NCBI GenBank assembly: GCA_002269645.1
Contig: NIVC01001215.1
Span: forward strand, 86,022-150,021
Source: Macrostomum lignano
Taxonomy: Eukaryota
Reading direction: 5' to 3'
Length of the DNA stretch: 64,000 bases
Every line of letters begins with the position of its first letter. Position 1 is the stretch's first letter. The position numbers and the translations under genes are program-made. Positions 9,110 through 20,981 of this stretch are shown in pieces. Below the pieces are notes generated by a model. The model had not been told where the DNA came from, did no database searches, and worked only from the letters and a program-made list of their open reading frames with translations.

Positions 9110-12100
9110 TTTTCACTCGGCTTAGTATTTAACAGTCTGTCTCACCTCGGCCTAGAGAAGCTTTAATGGCATTTGTTCTTCTCTTTATATGGTAGCAAGA
9201 TAAGTGTACACTGCTAACTGCTTTGTACACCCTCCGTGCAGAGATATGACACTCTACGCTCGTACACTGTTGCGAGAATATGAAAATTAGCTAATAATCT
9301 TCAAGTATGTCTGTTTATGCACCTGGCTGAGCCTATACTGTGCCCTGCTGCAGCTACAACTCTTGCACCCCCATTAGCTGACCTGCCCTTCGCCACCACG
9401 ATTCTGCTATTCCAAGACAGTTTTCTGTGCAAAGTACTTTAAAGAAAAATGATGCCTTGGGCTTAGCCAATGCTACACTGTCTGCAGTCAGCCACTGTGC
9501 AGGATGCAGGATTGGATGCAGGACTACCCTTTCAAAGCAAAAGCCGTTTTGGAGTCTTTATTGTAGTTTAAAGAAGCCAGAGAGCTAAAGGGCTTGAGAT
9601 CCACTTATGAATTGCGCTGAAAATTAAAGAGGACAGAAAGCAGCCGGTCGTGCTGGGCAGGAAGCTCTCAGTCCAAAGGCGATCCTTCTTTAGAAAGTTC
9701 GGCACAAAGGGAGATCGGGATAGGGAAGGGGACAGCGCGGGCGCCCTGCTGCAGCTCACTCGACCATATCTATCGCTACGAGACAGCCGGTTGCTGTCTT
9801 ATAAAAAATCTGGCAAGCAATTATAGAGCGGCCATTCCGATGGAAGACACTGCAGTGAACCTGGTAGGCATGTTTGAGGCCATAAAGCTGGATGTGGGTG
9901 GCTATTATCTTTTTATTCCCATTTTCATTGATGGGAGAATATTGAATTCTGCATTCTCTAGGTGTTTTATTGATGCAGCATCCCAAAATAAACTCTGCCA
10001 AGCTTGGAAGTGAAAAGTACAAAAAGATCTTCTCAATGGAGAGAGGAGGTACGGGCAGAGCACAAGCAAATTTATGCTCTGCATGCCCTAGCACTCAGCC
10101 TAGCGGAGATTCGCTTACCTGAACTATTATAATGTCCGCTGCTGCAATACCTCCGCGTGCCAAAGCTAGCATGCAGTGCTCAACAGCCCCGCTGCCGCTC
10201 ATTAAGACAGAGTAGAAGCTGCTCTACTGAGCAACTGCAGGTCAGACGAACTCTGCCCAGCCGAGTCCCCGTGCCCCCCCCCCCCACCCTGGCCCGAGCG
10301 GCCCAGCCAGCGGAGGAAAAGGCAGTGTCTTCCGTTTCGTGAGGCAATTTCCCGTTTTCACGCGTAATGCGAAGTGACGCGCCTTCCCTCCTCTGTCGCG
10401 GGTGCGAGAGAGGGGCAGCTGAGACAGGCAGAGAAATAGGCCTCCACAGCGGCTGCAGCTGAAGGGATGATGCTTGGATTCCAGAGCCTCCAGTCCGATG
10501 CAGTGAGTTAATCCGATTGTGTGTCATAAGTTGAGAGCAGGCATCACGGGATCTCGCTGAGCTCCCTCTCGAGTTGCAGCGCCTTCAAGTCGTGCAGAAT
10601 TCTTATTAGTAGATTTCTTTTGAATTCACAGTCAGTTATTTCGGCAAAAATACAAATTATAGCCCATGTCCCTCTTGAGCGAAGCCGTTGCCTTGTTTGA
10701 GTCCGGTGCTCTGAGCAGGGGGTGTCGGGTTGCTCTCGTGTTGAAGTGGCTCGCAGCTCCAGCCGGAATTCACGCCGGGAGAAAATTTTGAAGCCGCTGT
10801 GCTGCACTTTCTCTCAACCAACGAGTCCAGAGACTCGTGAGGGGCTCAGAAATTCTCATCAGCTTTTCTGTCCCCTGAAGTTCCGCCCCATCCCCTGTGT
10901 CCCTGGGGTGAGGCCGCCGGATTAAGCTGAAATCGGGAGCAGATTAGTGACAACTTCGCCCGGGGCGGGCCGCCAGCCTCAAAGCAAATTGGGATTAACT
11001 TCATCGCGAACGCCGCTCAGGACTGCGTGATGAAGATGCAAACTTTTATAACTCGCAGGGCTGGCTAAGCATGCGGCTGACTCTATCTCGGAGCAAATTA
11101 CGCCCACATCGACTCAAGGATTTTTGTAGTGTAGGAGACGTGAAAGACGGAGGAGCTCTCTGAAGGCTCTCAGCTTTAAAATGAGTTCTCATGCTCAAAA
11201 ACGCTTTCTCAATGCATGGGCGGGCAGAGCAATTTTTCGTTCCTAGAGTAGCTGCTATGATCGGAATCTCTTTGGAGAATCTCCCGCCTAAGACTGATGG
11301 GACTTTTAAAGCTGCCCCATCGTGATGGCCGAGCGCGGGCTAATTTACCGATCTCTGCTCTTGCATGATCTGTAGCTCGAGAGTTTGAGAAGACAGACAG
11401 ACAGAAACTAGGAGAAAGTGGAAGAGGCACAGGCAGCTTCTTGGGAGGGCAAGCGACCTATTACTAGAGACCGTCACTCCAGCGCGCTGCCGGTGTTCCC
11501 GCAGTGGTCCGCTAGTCTGGGACTTCGGAGGGGGAGGCAACTCGCGTGTCGCCGTGAGCAGGCTGGGATAGATGAACAGGGAGTGGGCTGCATGCTGCCA
11601 CTCCCACTTGCCTCTGAGTCTCCCGGCAGGCCTCAAATTCAAAGTTGGGTGCGCTGGCCCGGGAGAGGGCTGAGGTTTCTCCGGAGCAGCAGGGCAGGGC
11701 AGGCGGCCAAAGAGATTCCTGAGGGAGGGGGGAATCGCAGCAGCCTTCGCGACTCTTCCGCCGCCCCACCCGGGCTGGCAAACAGAGTGAAAGTACGAGC
11801 AGCGCTAGGCCCCCTTCGCTGCCATTCGACTCCGTATGGCACGGCGGGCTTCAATATTAATTTCATGCCACGGGTCATGCAGCTCTCCTTATGACTGTCG
11901 GTGCTTCATTTTCTTCTGCTCGGCGCTCGGTCCGCATGAGCCTGGCTCTGCTGAAAGTCATCGGTCTCGATTAATCCTTGATGTAGAAGCGCGCTATGAG
12001 CTTGTGGCCAAAGCCTGTGTAAAAGCCGAGACCAACAATGGAGACAAAAGTGCAAGTCTGGGGTTTCGGGGGAACTAATGAAATCAGTGCGATAAAGCTC

Positions 12101-13293
12101 AGCTGCTCAAACTAGCTCGAGGTGGTCGGCCTGAGCGGCAATAATTATTCAATTATTTCGGCTTTACCGCTCGCTGGAGCCACCCGGCCCGTGGACTAAA
12201 TGCATTAGTAGTAAAAGTGCACCGAAGGGTGACCGCTACTGAAAGCGCACCGCGTCGGCTAGGAGAAACTGCGGATCGTGTCTGACTCTGCGCTAACATG
12301 CCAAGGGCTCCAGCGAAAAGTGCCAGACCTGCCTGTTGCCGACTTCGTTGTGCTGGTTCCCAGTCCGCGAGAATCTGTCGTCAGGGCTTTGCTAATTGGC
12401 TTCGCCCGCCTTATGCGGACGACTTCCTGCCGGCTGCATTCCTCTTGCGGGAGGGGATTGTCGCTTGAATAATCTTTCTCTTGTTTACCTGTCAGGCTGC
12501 GAATCTTTTAGGGGTGTTAGGAGAGGCTGGGGCTGAGGTGCCGGCCAGGCAGAACACAGAACCATTAGGGAGTACTCTGCAGATAAGCAAGAATTTCCCA
12601 GCTGCCTTGTTCCAGGAATTCAGCTGCGCCATCTGTATCCAACTGTCTTCCTGCGTCGAAACTGAATACAAGGCACCTTGCTGGCTTTCTGCTGAGCAAA
12701 AAAAATTCAGCATAGCATGAACAGCTCCCTCAGGCTTTGCACTAACACTGAGTTCTCAGATTCTGCTGCGAGTTTCCCACTGAGCCATCGATCACTGCAA
12801 CAACAATGGGAAGGCGGGTTGTGGCGACCGCTCGCTGGGGGGACAGAGGGCAAGGGGAGACCCTGCCCGTCCGCTCCGGATCGCACCGGTTTCCCTGCGT
12901 GAGCGCCACCTCACCTCCGACCGTTCATCCCTAAACAGTCTAGCGGGCCAATGGGAGCCGAGCAGGCCCGCGCTGCTCTGCAGCCCCTCCCAGAGGGGGA
13001 TTCTCCCGCGGCCTTCTGCAGCAACTCAGCCCGTGACCCGTCCATAGCAGCCTCGCCAAGCCTTTGCGCACAAGCGAGCTGAACGGCTGTACGCCAGTCC
13101 CCGCGGGCTGATACTTCAGAGAGTTGGAATTCGGCCCACCCGAGCGCCACCGAATTAGCACGGCCATCCAAAGTTTCAGCGGGAATTCAGACACCGACAG
13201 CTCGGATCACCGGCCTGGTCCCAGGGTTTTCCGTCCTCTGTGCGGCAGTTGCAGCGAGGCCTCCAGCCGACCAAAGCCGCATGGGCGTCGGGG

Positions 13294-13690
13294 CCCGCGA
13301 TCGCGCCAGCAGAAGCCGCTAGCCTCCGTCTGAGGCGCCCGCGATCGCGCCAGCAGAAGCCGCTAGCCTCCGTCTGAGGCGCCCGCGATCGCGCCAGCAG
13401 AAGCCGCTAGCCTCCGTCTGAGGCGCCCGCGATCGCGCCAGCAGAAGCCGCTAGCCTCCGTCTGAGGCGCCCGCGATCGCGCCAGCAGAAGCCGCTAGTC
13501 TCCATCTGAGGCGCCCGCGATCGTGCCAGCAGAAGCCGCTAGTCTCCATCTGAGGCGCCCGCGATCGTGCCAGCAGAAGCCGCTAGTCTCCATCTGAGGC
13601 GCCCGCGATCGCGCCAGCAGAAGCCGCTAGCCTCCGTCTGAGGCGCCCGCGATCGCGCCAGCAGAAGCCGCTAGTCTCCGTCTAAGGCGC
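13294..13690. repeat. 44-bp GC-rich minisatellite directly upstream of the LGIC-A start codon
   Basis: About 9 copies of CCCGCGATCGCGCCAGCAGAAGCCGCTAGCCTCCGTCTGAGGCG, ending a few nt before ATG 13696. Confidence 0.95.
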
Positions 13691-13695
13691 CCGAG

Positions 13696-14639
13696 ATGGC
13701 GCCAGCGCGGCTGCTCCTGGTTCTGTTGGCCGTTCTGCTGGCCTGGGTGCAGGTTGCGGACTGCGGCGCCGCACCCAACTACACGAACATCGTGGACCGC
13801 ATCGTGTTCCACATCTTCCGCGGCTACAACAAACACCAGCGGCCCGTGCCCGCTAGCCGGCAGAAGCCGGACGGCACCATAGAAGAGGATTCGACCGACG
13901 TGGACGTCAACATGAAGATTCTCAGCATCAACAAGGTGGACGTCATCAACATGGAGTTTACGCTGGACATGTACCTGCGTCAGTTCTGGAAGGACACGCG
14001 GCTACGCTGGGATCATTACAAAGACTTCAGTTTCTACAACGAGTCCATCGCCATCCCCGCCAAGAAGGAGCACCTGTGGCTTCCAGACCTGTTCTTCCGT
14101 AATGGAAAGGAGGGTTACCTGCACAAAATGACTCAGCCTAACTATCTGATCAGAGTTGAGCCCGACGGGCAGATCCTGTATTCGCAGAAGGTTACCATGA
14201 AGTTCTCGTGCCAGATGCAGTTGCAGACGTTTCCCATGGACACGCAGACGTGCTTCGTGAACATCGGCAGCTACGGATACACCACGAGGAACCTGCTGTT
14301 CAAGTGGAAGCGGGACGGGCTGAAAGACCCGGTGGAGCTGGACGGCTCCATGCAGATTTCCGAGTTCAACGCGCCCGACTTTGCTGAGAGCCACGACTGC
14401 ACTCAGGGCAGCGCGACCAGCACAGGGAGCTACGCGTGCCTGAAGGCGATCTTCAAGCTGGAGCGGCAGCTGGGCAGCTACCTATCCGGTACCTACATCC
14501 CCGCCATCCTCATCGTGGCGGTCTCTTGGCTCAACTTCTGGATCAGTATTGAAGCCGTGCCAGCCAGGGTCTCCCTGGGCCTGCTCACCCTGCTGGGCAT
14601 CCTCACCCAGGGCATGTCAGTCATCAACAACCTGCCCAG
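13696..14639 (+). CDS. Cys-loop anion channel (GluCl/GlyR-like) variable exon A: signal peptide + ECD + TM1-TM2
   Basis: Signal peptide, WLPDLFF, Cys-loop CQMQLQTFPMDTQTC, second loop-C disulfide DCTQGSATSTGSYAC, anion-selective PAR motif. Ends CCC AG|GTAGG (phase-2 donor at 14640). No TM3-TM4 exon seen before 28519. Confidence 0.9.
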
Positions 14640-15596
14640 GTAGGCCATTCTTAGTCAGCTGTTTTCAAGAAAATTGAGGTTACTTTTATTTCTTAATTGG
14701 TGCCCTTTTTGAGCATTTGACGGCTCACTGAAAGTGCCCATCCAGTCTGCTCACTGCGGTCTCTCATGCCAGTTTTCAGTCTTGCCCTGTCAGCAAGTCA
14801 TGCGCCCGTTTCGCGGGCTCAGGCCCAGAGCTTGTGGTGCTCAGCTCACCCGATATCTAGAAATCCAGCTCCTCTCCGCTTACTCACCCAGCCTCTCTCG
14901 GCATCTTCATTCCCTCCTCAATCCGCGGCTGCATAAGTTCAGAAGCGGCCCTAATCCTCAGGCTGAGCCTTCTTTCTCACGGGGACAGGTGAAGAGAGCC
15001 CACCAGTGCGATCTCAAATCATTATTTATGCAAGCCAGGTGGGCCGCCCGAATCCCAGCTGTAGGCGGTCAGAAAGCCGCACCCTGCGCCGGACTGTCGC
15101 CGGAAACGGCCCAGTTTCTCCATAAATGCATCAAAACAGCCAAGCTCAGTTTTTTCATCTGGCCTCTGCAAGCCTTTGAGGAGCTTTTCCTCTAGAAAGA
15201 CACAAGCTTCAAGACGCATTCGCTTCTTGAGTGCCTTCTGAACATGCAGGCTGACGGCTGTTGCGATTGCCTATTAATTTCAGCTCCGATGAGAACTGTG
15301 CTCAAAGCCCCGCTTTTCATCTTTTAATATCCGAATCCCCTTTGAGGGCCTCTTTTTCGAGAAGAGGCAGGGAAAGCTCAGGCCAGATTATCCCCTTGGC
15401 TCCGTCATGGCGCTCTCCTAATCCGTCTTGTGCGGGATCAGAGCGGTGGGATCTGAAACTCCTTGCCGATTTCTCTGCGCCGTTAAAATCCAGACGCCAA
15501 TTATGTTCACTTTTCATCCCACATCATCTCTCACGCACCATCCTATGTTTGCATCCCCTTCTCCCGTCTCCTGCATCTCCTCTCCCCGCCCTCCAG

Positions 15597-15930
15597 CATC
15601 TCATCACACTCTGCTCATTCCACCATCTCATCACACTCTGCTCACCCCACCATCTCATCACACTCTGCTCACTGTTCTATCTCATCACACTGCTCACTGC
15701 TCCATCTCATCACACTGCTCACTCCACACCATCTCATCACACCCTGCTCACTCCACCGTCTCATCACACTCTGCTCATTCCACCATCTCATCACACTCTG
15801 CTCACCCCACCATCATCACACTCTGCTCACCCCACCATCTCATCACACTCTGCTTACTGTTCTATCTCATCACACTGCTCACTGCTCCATCTCATCACAC
15901 TCTGCTCACTCCACACCATCTCATCACACA
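15597..15930. repeat. Degenerate 24-29-bp minisatellite (CCATCTCATCACACTCTGCTCACT)
   Basis: About 12 tandem variant units. Confidence 0.9.
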
Positions 15931-16871
15931 GTGAGGGCAGAGTGTACTTTGTGGAGGCGTTGGTTTCGGTATCCGCGGGCTTTGACTTGCGCAGCCTCCA
16001 AAATCAGTGGCCACTTGCTGAGGATTCGGTTGATTTAATTTCTAAAAATAGATGCACTCTAAATCATTTAGAATTTGAAAAGCTGTCTCTGTTACTCTGT
16101 TGCCATTTATTCCTACCTGTTCTCGTGACAGGGTCGCATGAACTGCAAATATTCCAGAAGCAACTTCACCTCTTCAAAGCTATGGGACTCGTTGCTCTGG
16201 ATTAAAATAGACGAGGACCACTAGCAAAACGTTTTTCCAAAAATTCTTGAAGAAAGTGCTCACTATGTAGGAGCTGTTCCGCTTTTGAGCTTAAAATGAG
16301 AATGACAAAATCCATTGGTTCAGTCCCTGTCCCAATGGATTCAACTCTCCTTTCACCCTGATTTTTAATCCCCGGGCACTCAATAAGCGACGAGATTCGA
16401 CATGGAATTCAAGACCTGGGGCAGTTCTGCACCGACTACGGTACAGCAGCTGCAAACAGCTGTTTCATGCATCAGTTCGACCACAGGTCAATAATCATGA
16501 ATTTATGAAATGCTCAATCAGCCTGTGCGCAAAATGAAGTACATTGAAATAAGCTCAACTGTACCGCTCTAGCCAAAGCCTAGCCAATTATCGAAATTAT
16601 AGAAAGCAAAGTCCTACTCATGCACTCTGCCTGTGTAAGCTGGACTGCTCAGAATGAAGCATTTCAATGCTTCCTACTGAAGTCCCCTGAGCCACCGGCT
16701 TTGCTACACATTCTACTGTAAGTAGTCTGCTTGGTTGAAAATTCACTGGATTTTTAAATGCACCAGCGTGTAAGAAGCTTAATTTTTAGTTAAAGGCTTG
16801 TGCGGACCATTCAGATATGGAATTTTTTTTCATTTCTCAAAGAGGGAAGGTTTGACTCTCCGACGATTCTT

Positions 16872-19008
16872 ACAGTGTTCAGGTCTATGATTGTGTGCTG
16901 TGCACAGTGTTCCATGTCTATGATTGTGTGCTGTGCACAGTGTTCCATGTCTATGATTGTGTGCTGTACACAGTGTTCCATGTCTATGATTGTGTGCTGT
17001 ACACAGTGTTCCATGTCTATGATTGTGTGCTGTACACAGTGTTCCATGTCTATGATTGTGTGCTGTGCACAGTGTTCCATGTCTATGATTGTGTGCTGTG
17101 CACAGTGTTCCATGTCTATGGTTGTGTGCTGTGCACAGTGTTCCATGTCTATGATTGTGTGCTGTGCACAGTGTTCCATGTCTATGATTGTGTGCTGTGC
17201 ACAGTGTTCCATGTCTATGATTGTGTGCTGTGCACAGTGTTCCATGTCTATGATTGTGTGCTGTGCACAGTGTTCCATGTCTATGATTGTGTGCTGTGCA
17301 CAGTGTTCCATGTCTATGATTGTGTGCTGTGCACAGTGTTCAGGTCTATGATTGTGTGCTGTGCACAGTGTTCCATGTCTATGATTGTGTGCTGTGCACA
17401 GTGTTCCATGTCTATGGTTGTGTGCTGTGCACAGTGTTCCATGTCTATGATTGTGTGCTGTGCACAGTGTTCCATGTCTATGATTGTGTGCTGTGCACAG
17501 TGTTCCATGTCTATGATTGTGTGCTGTGCACAGTGTTCCATGTCTATGATTGTGTGCTGTGCACAGTGTTCAGGTCTATGATTGTGTGCTGTGCACAGTG
17601 TTCCATGTCTATGATTGTGTGCTGTGCACAGTGTTCCATGTCTATGATTGTGTGCTGTGCACAGTGTTCCATGTCTATGATTGTGTGCTGTGCACAGTGT
17701 TCCATGTCTATGATTGTGTGCTGTGCACAGTGTTCCATGTCTATGATTGTGTGCTGTGCACAGTGTTCAGGTCTATGATTGTGTGCTGTGCACAGTGTTC
17801 CAGGTCTATGATTGTGTGCTGTACACAGTGTTCCATGTCTATGGTTGTGTGCTGTGCACAGTGTTCCATGTCTATGGTTGTGTGCTGTACACAGTGTTCC
17901 ATGTCTATGATTGTGTGCTGTACACAGTGTTCCATGTCTATGGTTGTGTGCTGTGCACAGTGTTCCATGTCTATGATTGTGTGCTGTACACAGTGTTCCA
18001 TGTCTATGATTGTATGCTGTGCACAGTGTTCCATGTCTATGATTGTGTGCTGTACACAGTGTTCCATGTCTATGGTTGTGTGCTGTACACAGTGTTCCAT
18101 GTCTATGATTGTGTGCTGTACACAGTGTTCCATGTCTATGGTTGTGTGCTGTACACAGTGTTCCATGTCTATGATTGTGTGCTGTACACAGTGTTCCATG
18201 TCTATGGTTTTGTGCTGTACACAGTGTTCCATGTCTATGGTTGCATGCTGTACACAGTGTTCCATGTCTATGGTTGTGTGCTGTACACAGTGTTCCATGT
18301 CTATGGTTTTGTGCTGTACACAGTGTTCCATGTCTATGGTTGTGTGCTGTACACAGTGTTCCATGTCTATGATTGTGTGCTGTACACAGTGTTCCATGTC
18401 TATGGTTGTGTGCTGTACACAGTGTTCCATGTCTATGGTTGCGTGCTGTACACAGTGTTCCATGTCTATGGTTTTGTGCTGTGCACAGTGTTCCATGTCT
18501 ATGATTGTGTGCTGTGCACAGTGTTCCATGTCTATGATTGTGTGCTGTGCACAGTGTTCCATGTCTATGATTGTGTGCTGTACACAGTGTTCCATGTCTA
18601 TGGTTGCGTGCTGTACACAGTGTTCCATGTCTATGGTTGCATGCTGTACACAGTGTTCCATGTCTATGGTTGTGTGCTGTACACAGTGTTCCATGTCTAT
18701 GGTTTTGTGCTGTACACAGTGTTCCATGTCTATGGTTGTGTGCTGTACACAGTGTTCCATGTCTATGGTTGTGTGCTGTACACAGTGTTCCATGTCTATG
18801 GTTGTGTGCTGTACACAGTGTTCCATGTCTATGGTTGCGTGCTGTACACAGTGTTCCATGTCTATGGTTGTGTGCTGTACACTGTTCCAGGTCTATGATT
18901 GTGTGCTGTACACTGCTCCAGGTCTATGATTGTGTGCTGTGCACAGTGTTCCATGTCTATGGTTGCGTGCTGTACACAGTGTTCCATGTCTATGGTTGCG
19001 TGCTGTAC
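16872..19008. repeat. 33-bp satellite (ATGATTGTGTGCTGTGCACAGTGTTCCATGTCT)
   Basis: About 65 units. Palindromic CTGTGCACAG/CTGTACACAG core. Occasional 32-bp variants mark blocks. Confidence 0.98.
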
Positions 19009-19826
19009 TCAGCTCTTCGGTTGAGCTACAGATCATTTAGAAAATTTAATTCAATTAAGTAATTTGCTTAGCAGAAGCTCCTCAAAACCCGGTCCCCAGG
19101 AACCCAGGTGTGGAACAGGCTGATGAGCTGCAGGTCCAACACCGGCAAAAGTCGGTTCAGTCTCTCTCGCATCGACAGTCGCCCAGCCCTGAATTGGTGC
19201 CAAATTGCTTGACAATTTGCTCCAGCGGGGATCGCATGCGCCAAATTGATTAAAGTAATATGGGAGCTTTTTGGCCGAATCCAGTCAGACCCGGAGTTGC
19301 TGAGCGCAGATAAGAGAGGCTGGGCTGAGCTGCAGCTCACCACTCAGAGTGAGGAAGTGGCAGTGCGGACTCACTCTGCTGCTGTTGTCTGCCTGGCAGC
19401 GGTGGGGCTCTAATGGCCGGCCGGTGTGGCTGCTGACAATGCGGGGCAGAGGCCAGGGATAATGAAACCGGGCCGGGGCAGGCCGGATTAAAGCCGGCTC
19501 GCCGAGCCGCTGCGGTCATTGGCTACCAAAGGCCAGGGAAGAGAATGAGCGGGAGAGGAAAATGGGAAGCGGATAAGAGTGTTGTTTGCGCGAGACTGAT
19601 CCCCAGAACAGATATAGGAAATACTCAAATAGCGACTGCAGCCCCGCATGTCCTCCTGGCTCACCGCTACCGGCATTTGAGCTGGGAGCTAAGCTGCTCT
19701 GCTCCCATTAGCCCGGGCTGGCAGGTGCTGACAATTCCTGCTCCCAGCCTCGCACTTGCCGATAGCCGCTCCCAGGAGAGCGCAGAGACAGCCGGAGAGG
19801 AGAGCATCGAGAGCCAGCCATAGGCC
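18213..19826. repeat. Copy 1 of a 1614-bp direct duplication (satellite part + about 820-bp unique segment)
   Basis: Matches 24080-25693 at constant offset 5867. The ORF track gives identical peptides at 19068/24935, 19337/25204, 19488/25355 and 19545/25412. Confidence 0.95.
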
Positions 19827-19854
19827 AGCCATTTTTTTTTTCTCAATTTTTGCA

Positions 19855-20973
19855 ATGGCTGACCGCGACAAACTTATGCACCTGAGCAAGGTGGCTCTGC
19901 AAGCCTTGTGTGCCCACGCTAACATAAGCAGTCGGGGCAACAAGGCCGACCTTGTCAGCGCCCTTCTCGCAGCCCCAGACCAGTCGTGGACAGATTCGCT
20001 GTTGCAGAACATGGAGCAATCTGAGCAAGAAGCCGAAGCAGACGACAACATCAGTACGGAGGCGGCTCGGGAGTCGGCGGCGGGCCTGGACGAGGACATC
20101 GCGAAGGCGGAGAAGGAGATCAGACTGTTGCAGCTACGCAAGGAAGCCGCTCAACTCAAGAGGGAGATCGGAGATCTGCAGCGCGAGTGTCCATCCACGC
20201 GTCCTATGAATCGCGGTGAGTGTGCCAAGCCTGCTGGCCCCAGTTACTTTCCTGATGGGTGTGATGATGCTGGATTAGACCAAGAAGATAATGGCAATGA
20301 GCTGCTTGACAGATTGTTGTCACAGAACAGGGCCAATGAACGGATGGAGTCTTCTGGTAGACGTAAGGCTCTCCTGGTTCGTGATTTCCTCGACGGCTTT
20401 GAGCAGGAAGAGGTGCTGGCTAATGGTTCTGGTGGCCGAATCACTTACAAGAGCAGAAAACCTAATCCAGATAGCATCACGGCAGCGCAGTATTTGGTAG
20501 GCAATTGCAGGCTGATGATGCAGATGATCAAGGATGGTGCCCTGGTGACTAGTAGAAATGGAACTGCCGACACGACTGATTTGATGAATTACTTACGCTA
20601 CTCAATACAGATTGGCGAGCTGTTTGACGGGGGCTTCGGCCTGGCGCAGGTGAATCGTTTTGACGAGGACTACCGCACTAGGCAAGCTGAAACTGGCATG
20701 CGATGGGGCAAGGAGTCTTTCCAACTCGTTGCTAAGCACTTAATCAGAACTGGAACTCCAGCAAACCATGGAGTCAGCAAGTCATTGCCCCAGCCACGGC
20801 AGCAGCGTTTTCAAAAACCAATAGACCCCAAGAGCCTCAGAACGCCAGACGGGGAAGAGATCTGCTTGCACTTTAATCGCCGGGGGTGCTTCCGGTCGAG
20901 CTGCAAATTCCGGCACGTCTGCCGCATCTGTTTCGAGGCCCACCCTGAGGCCAACCATTCGACAAAAAACTGA
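19855..20973 (+). CDS. Ngaro Gag-like ORF with N-terminal SAP-like motif, coiled coil and C-terminal Cys/His finger
   Basis: ATG 19855. LMHLSKVALQALCAHANISSRGNKADLVSALL (SAP-like). IAKAEKEIRLLQLRKEAAQLKREI (coiled coil). CLHFNRRGCFRSSCKFRHVCRICFEAH. Confidence 0.85.
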   Translation: MADRDKLMHLSKVALQALCAHANISSRGNKADLVSALLAAPDQSWTDSLLQNMEQSEQEAEADDNISTEAARESAAGLDEDIAKAEKEIRLLQLRKEAAQLKREIGDLQRECPSTRPMNRGECAKPAGPSYFPDGCDDAGLDQEDNGNELLDRLLSQNRANERMESSGRRKALLVRDFLDGFEQEEVLANGSGGRITYKSRKPNPDSITAAQYLVGNCRLMMQMIKDGALVTSRNGTADTTDLMNYLRYSIQIGELFDGGFGLAQVNRFDEDYRTRQAETGMRWGKESFQLVAKHLIRTGTPANHGVSKSLPQPRQQRFQKPIDPKSLRTPDGEEICLHFNRRGCFRSSCKFRHVCRICFEAHPEANHSTKN

Positions 20974-20981
20974 AGTCTGCG

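Noticed and set aside
9200-13290. Many short GC-rich ORFs upstream of channel exon A
   Set aside because: No recognisable motifs or consistent splice structure. Treated as non-coding or unresolved.
16872-19008. Possible CRISPR-like array
   Set aside because: Units are contiguous with no unique spacers, the context is eukaryotic, and there are no cas genes.
16800-19062. Long Cys/His-rich ORFs (MSMIVCCAQCS, MEHCAQHTIID repeats) that look like metallothioneins
   Set aside because: They are translations of a 33-bp satellite open in several frames on both strands. No unique coding context.
19815-19830. CCATAG|G would join exon A in frame to gag (19824) or to exon B (25691)
   Set aside because: The upstream sequence is purine-rich with no polypyrimidine tract, and the resulting topology is implausible. 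Kept only as a curiosity.
19832-19850. T-run + CTC resembling 23927-23940, as a remnant of the Ngaro A1 repeat
   Set aside because: The similarity does not extend beyond a low-complexity 13-mer.
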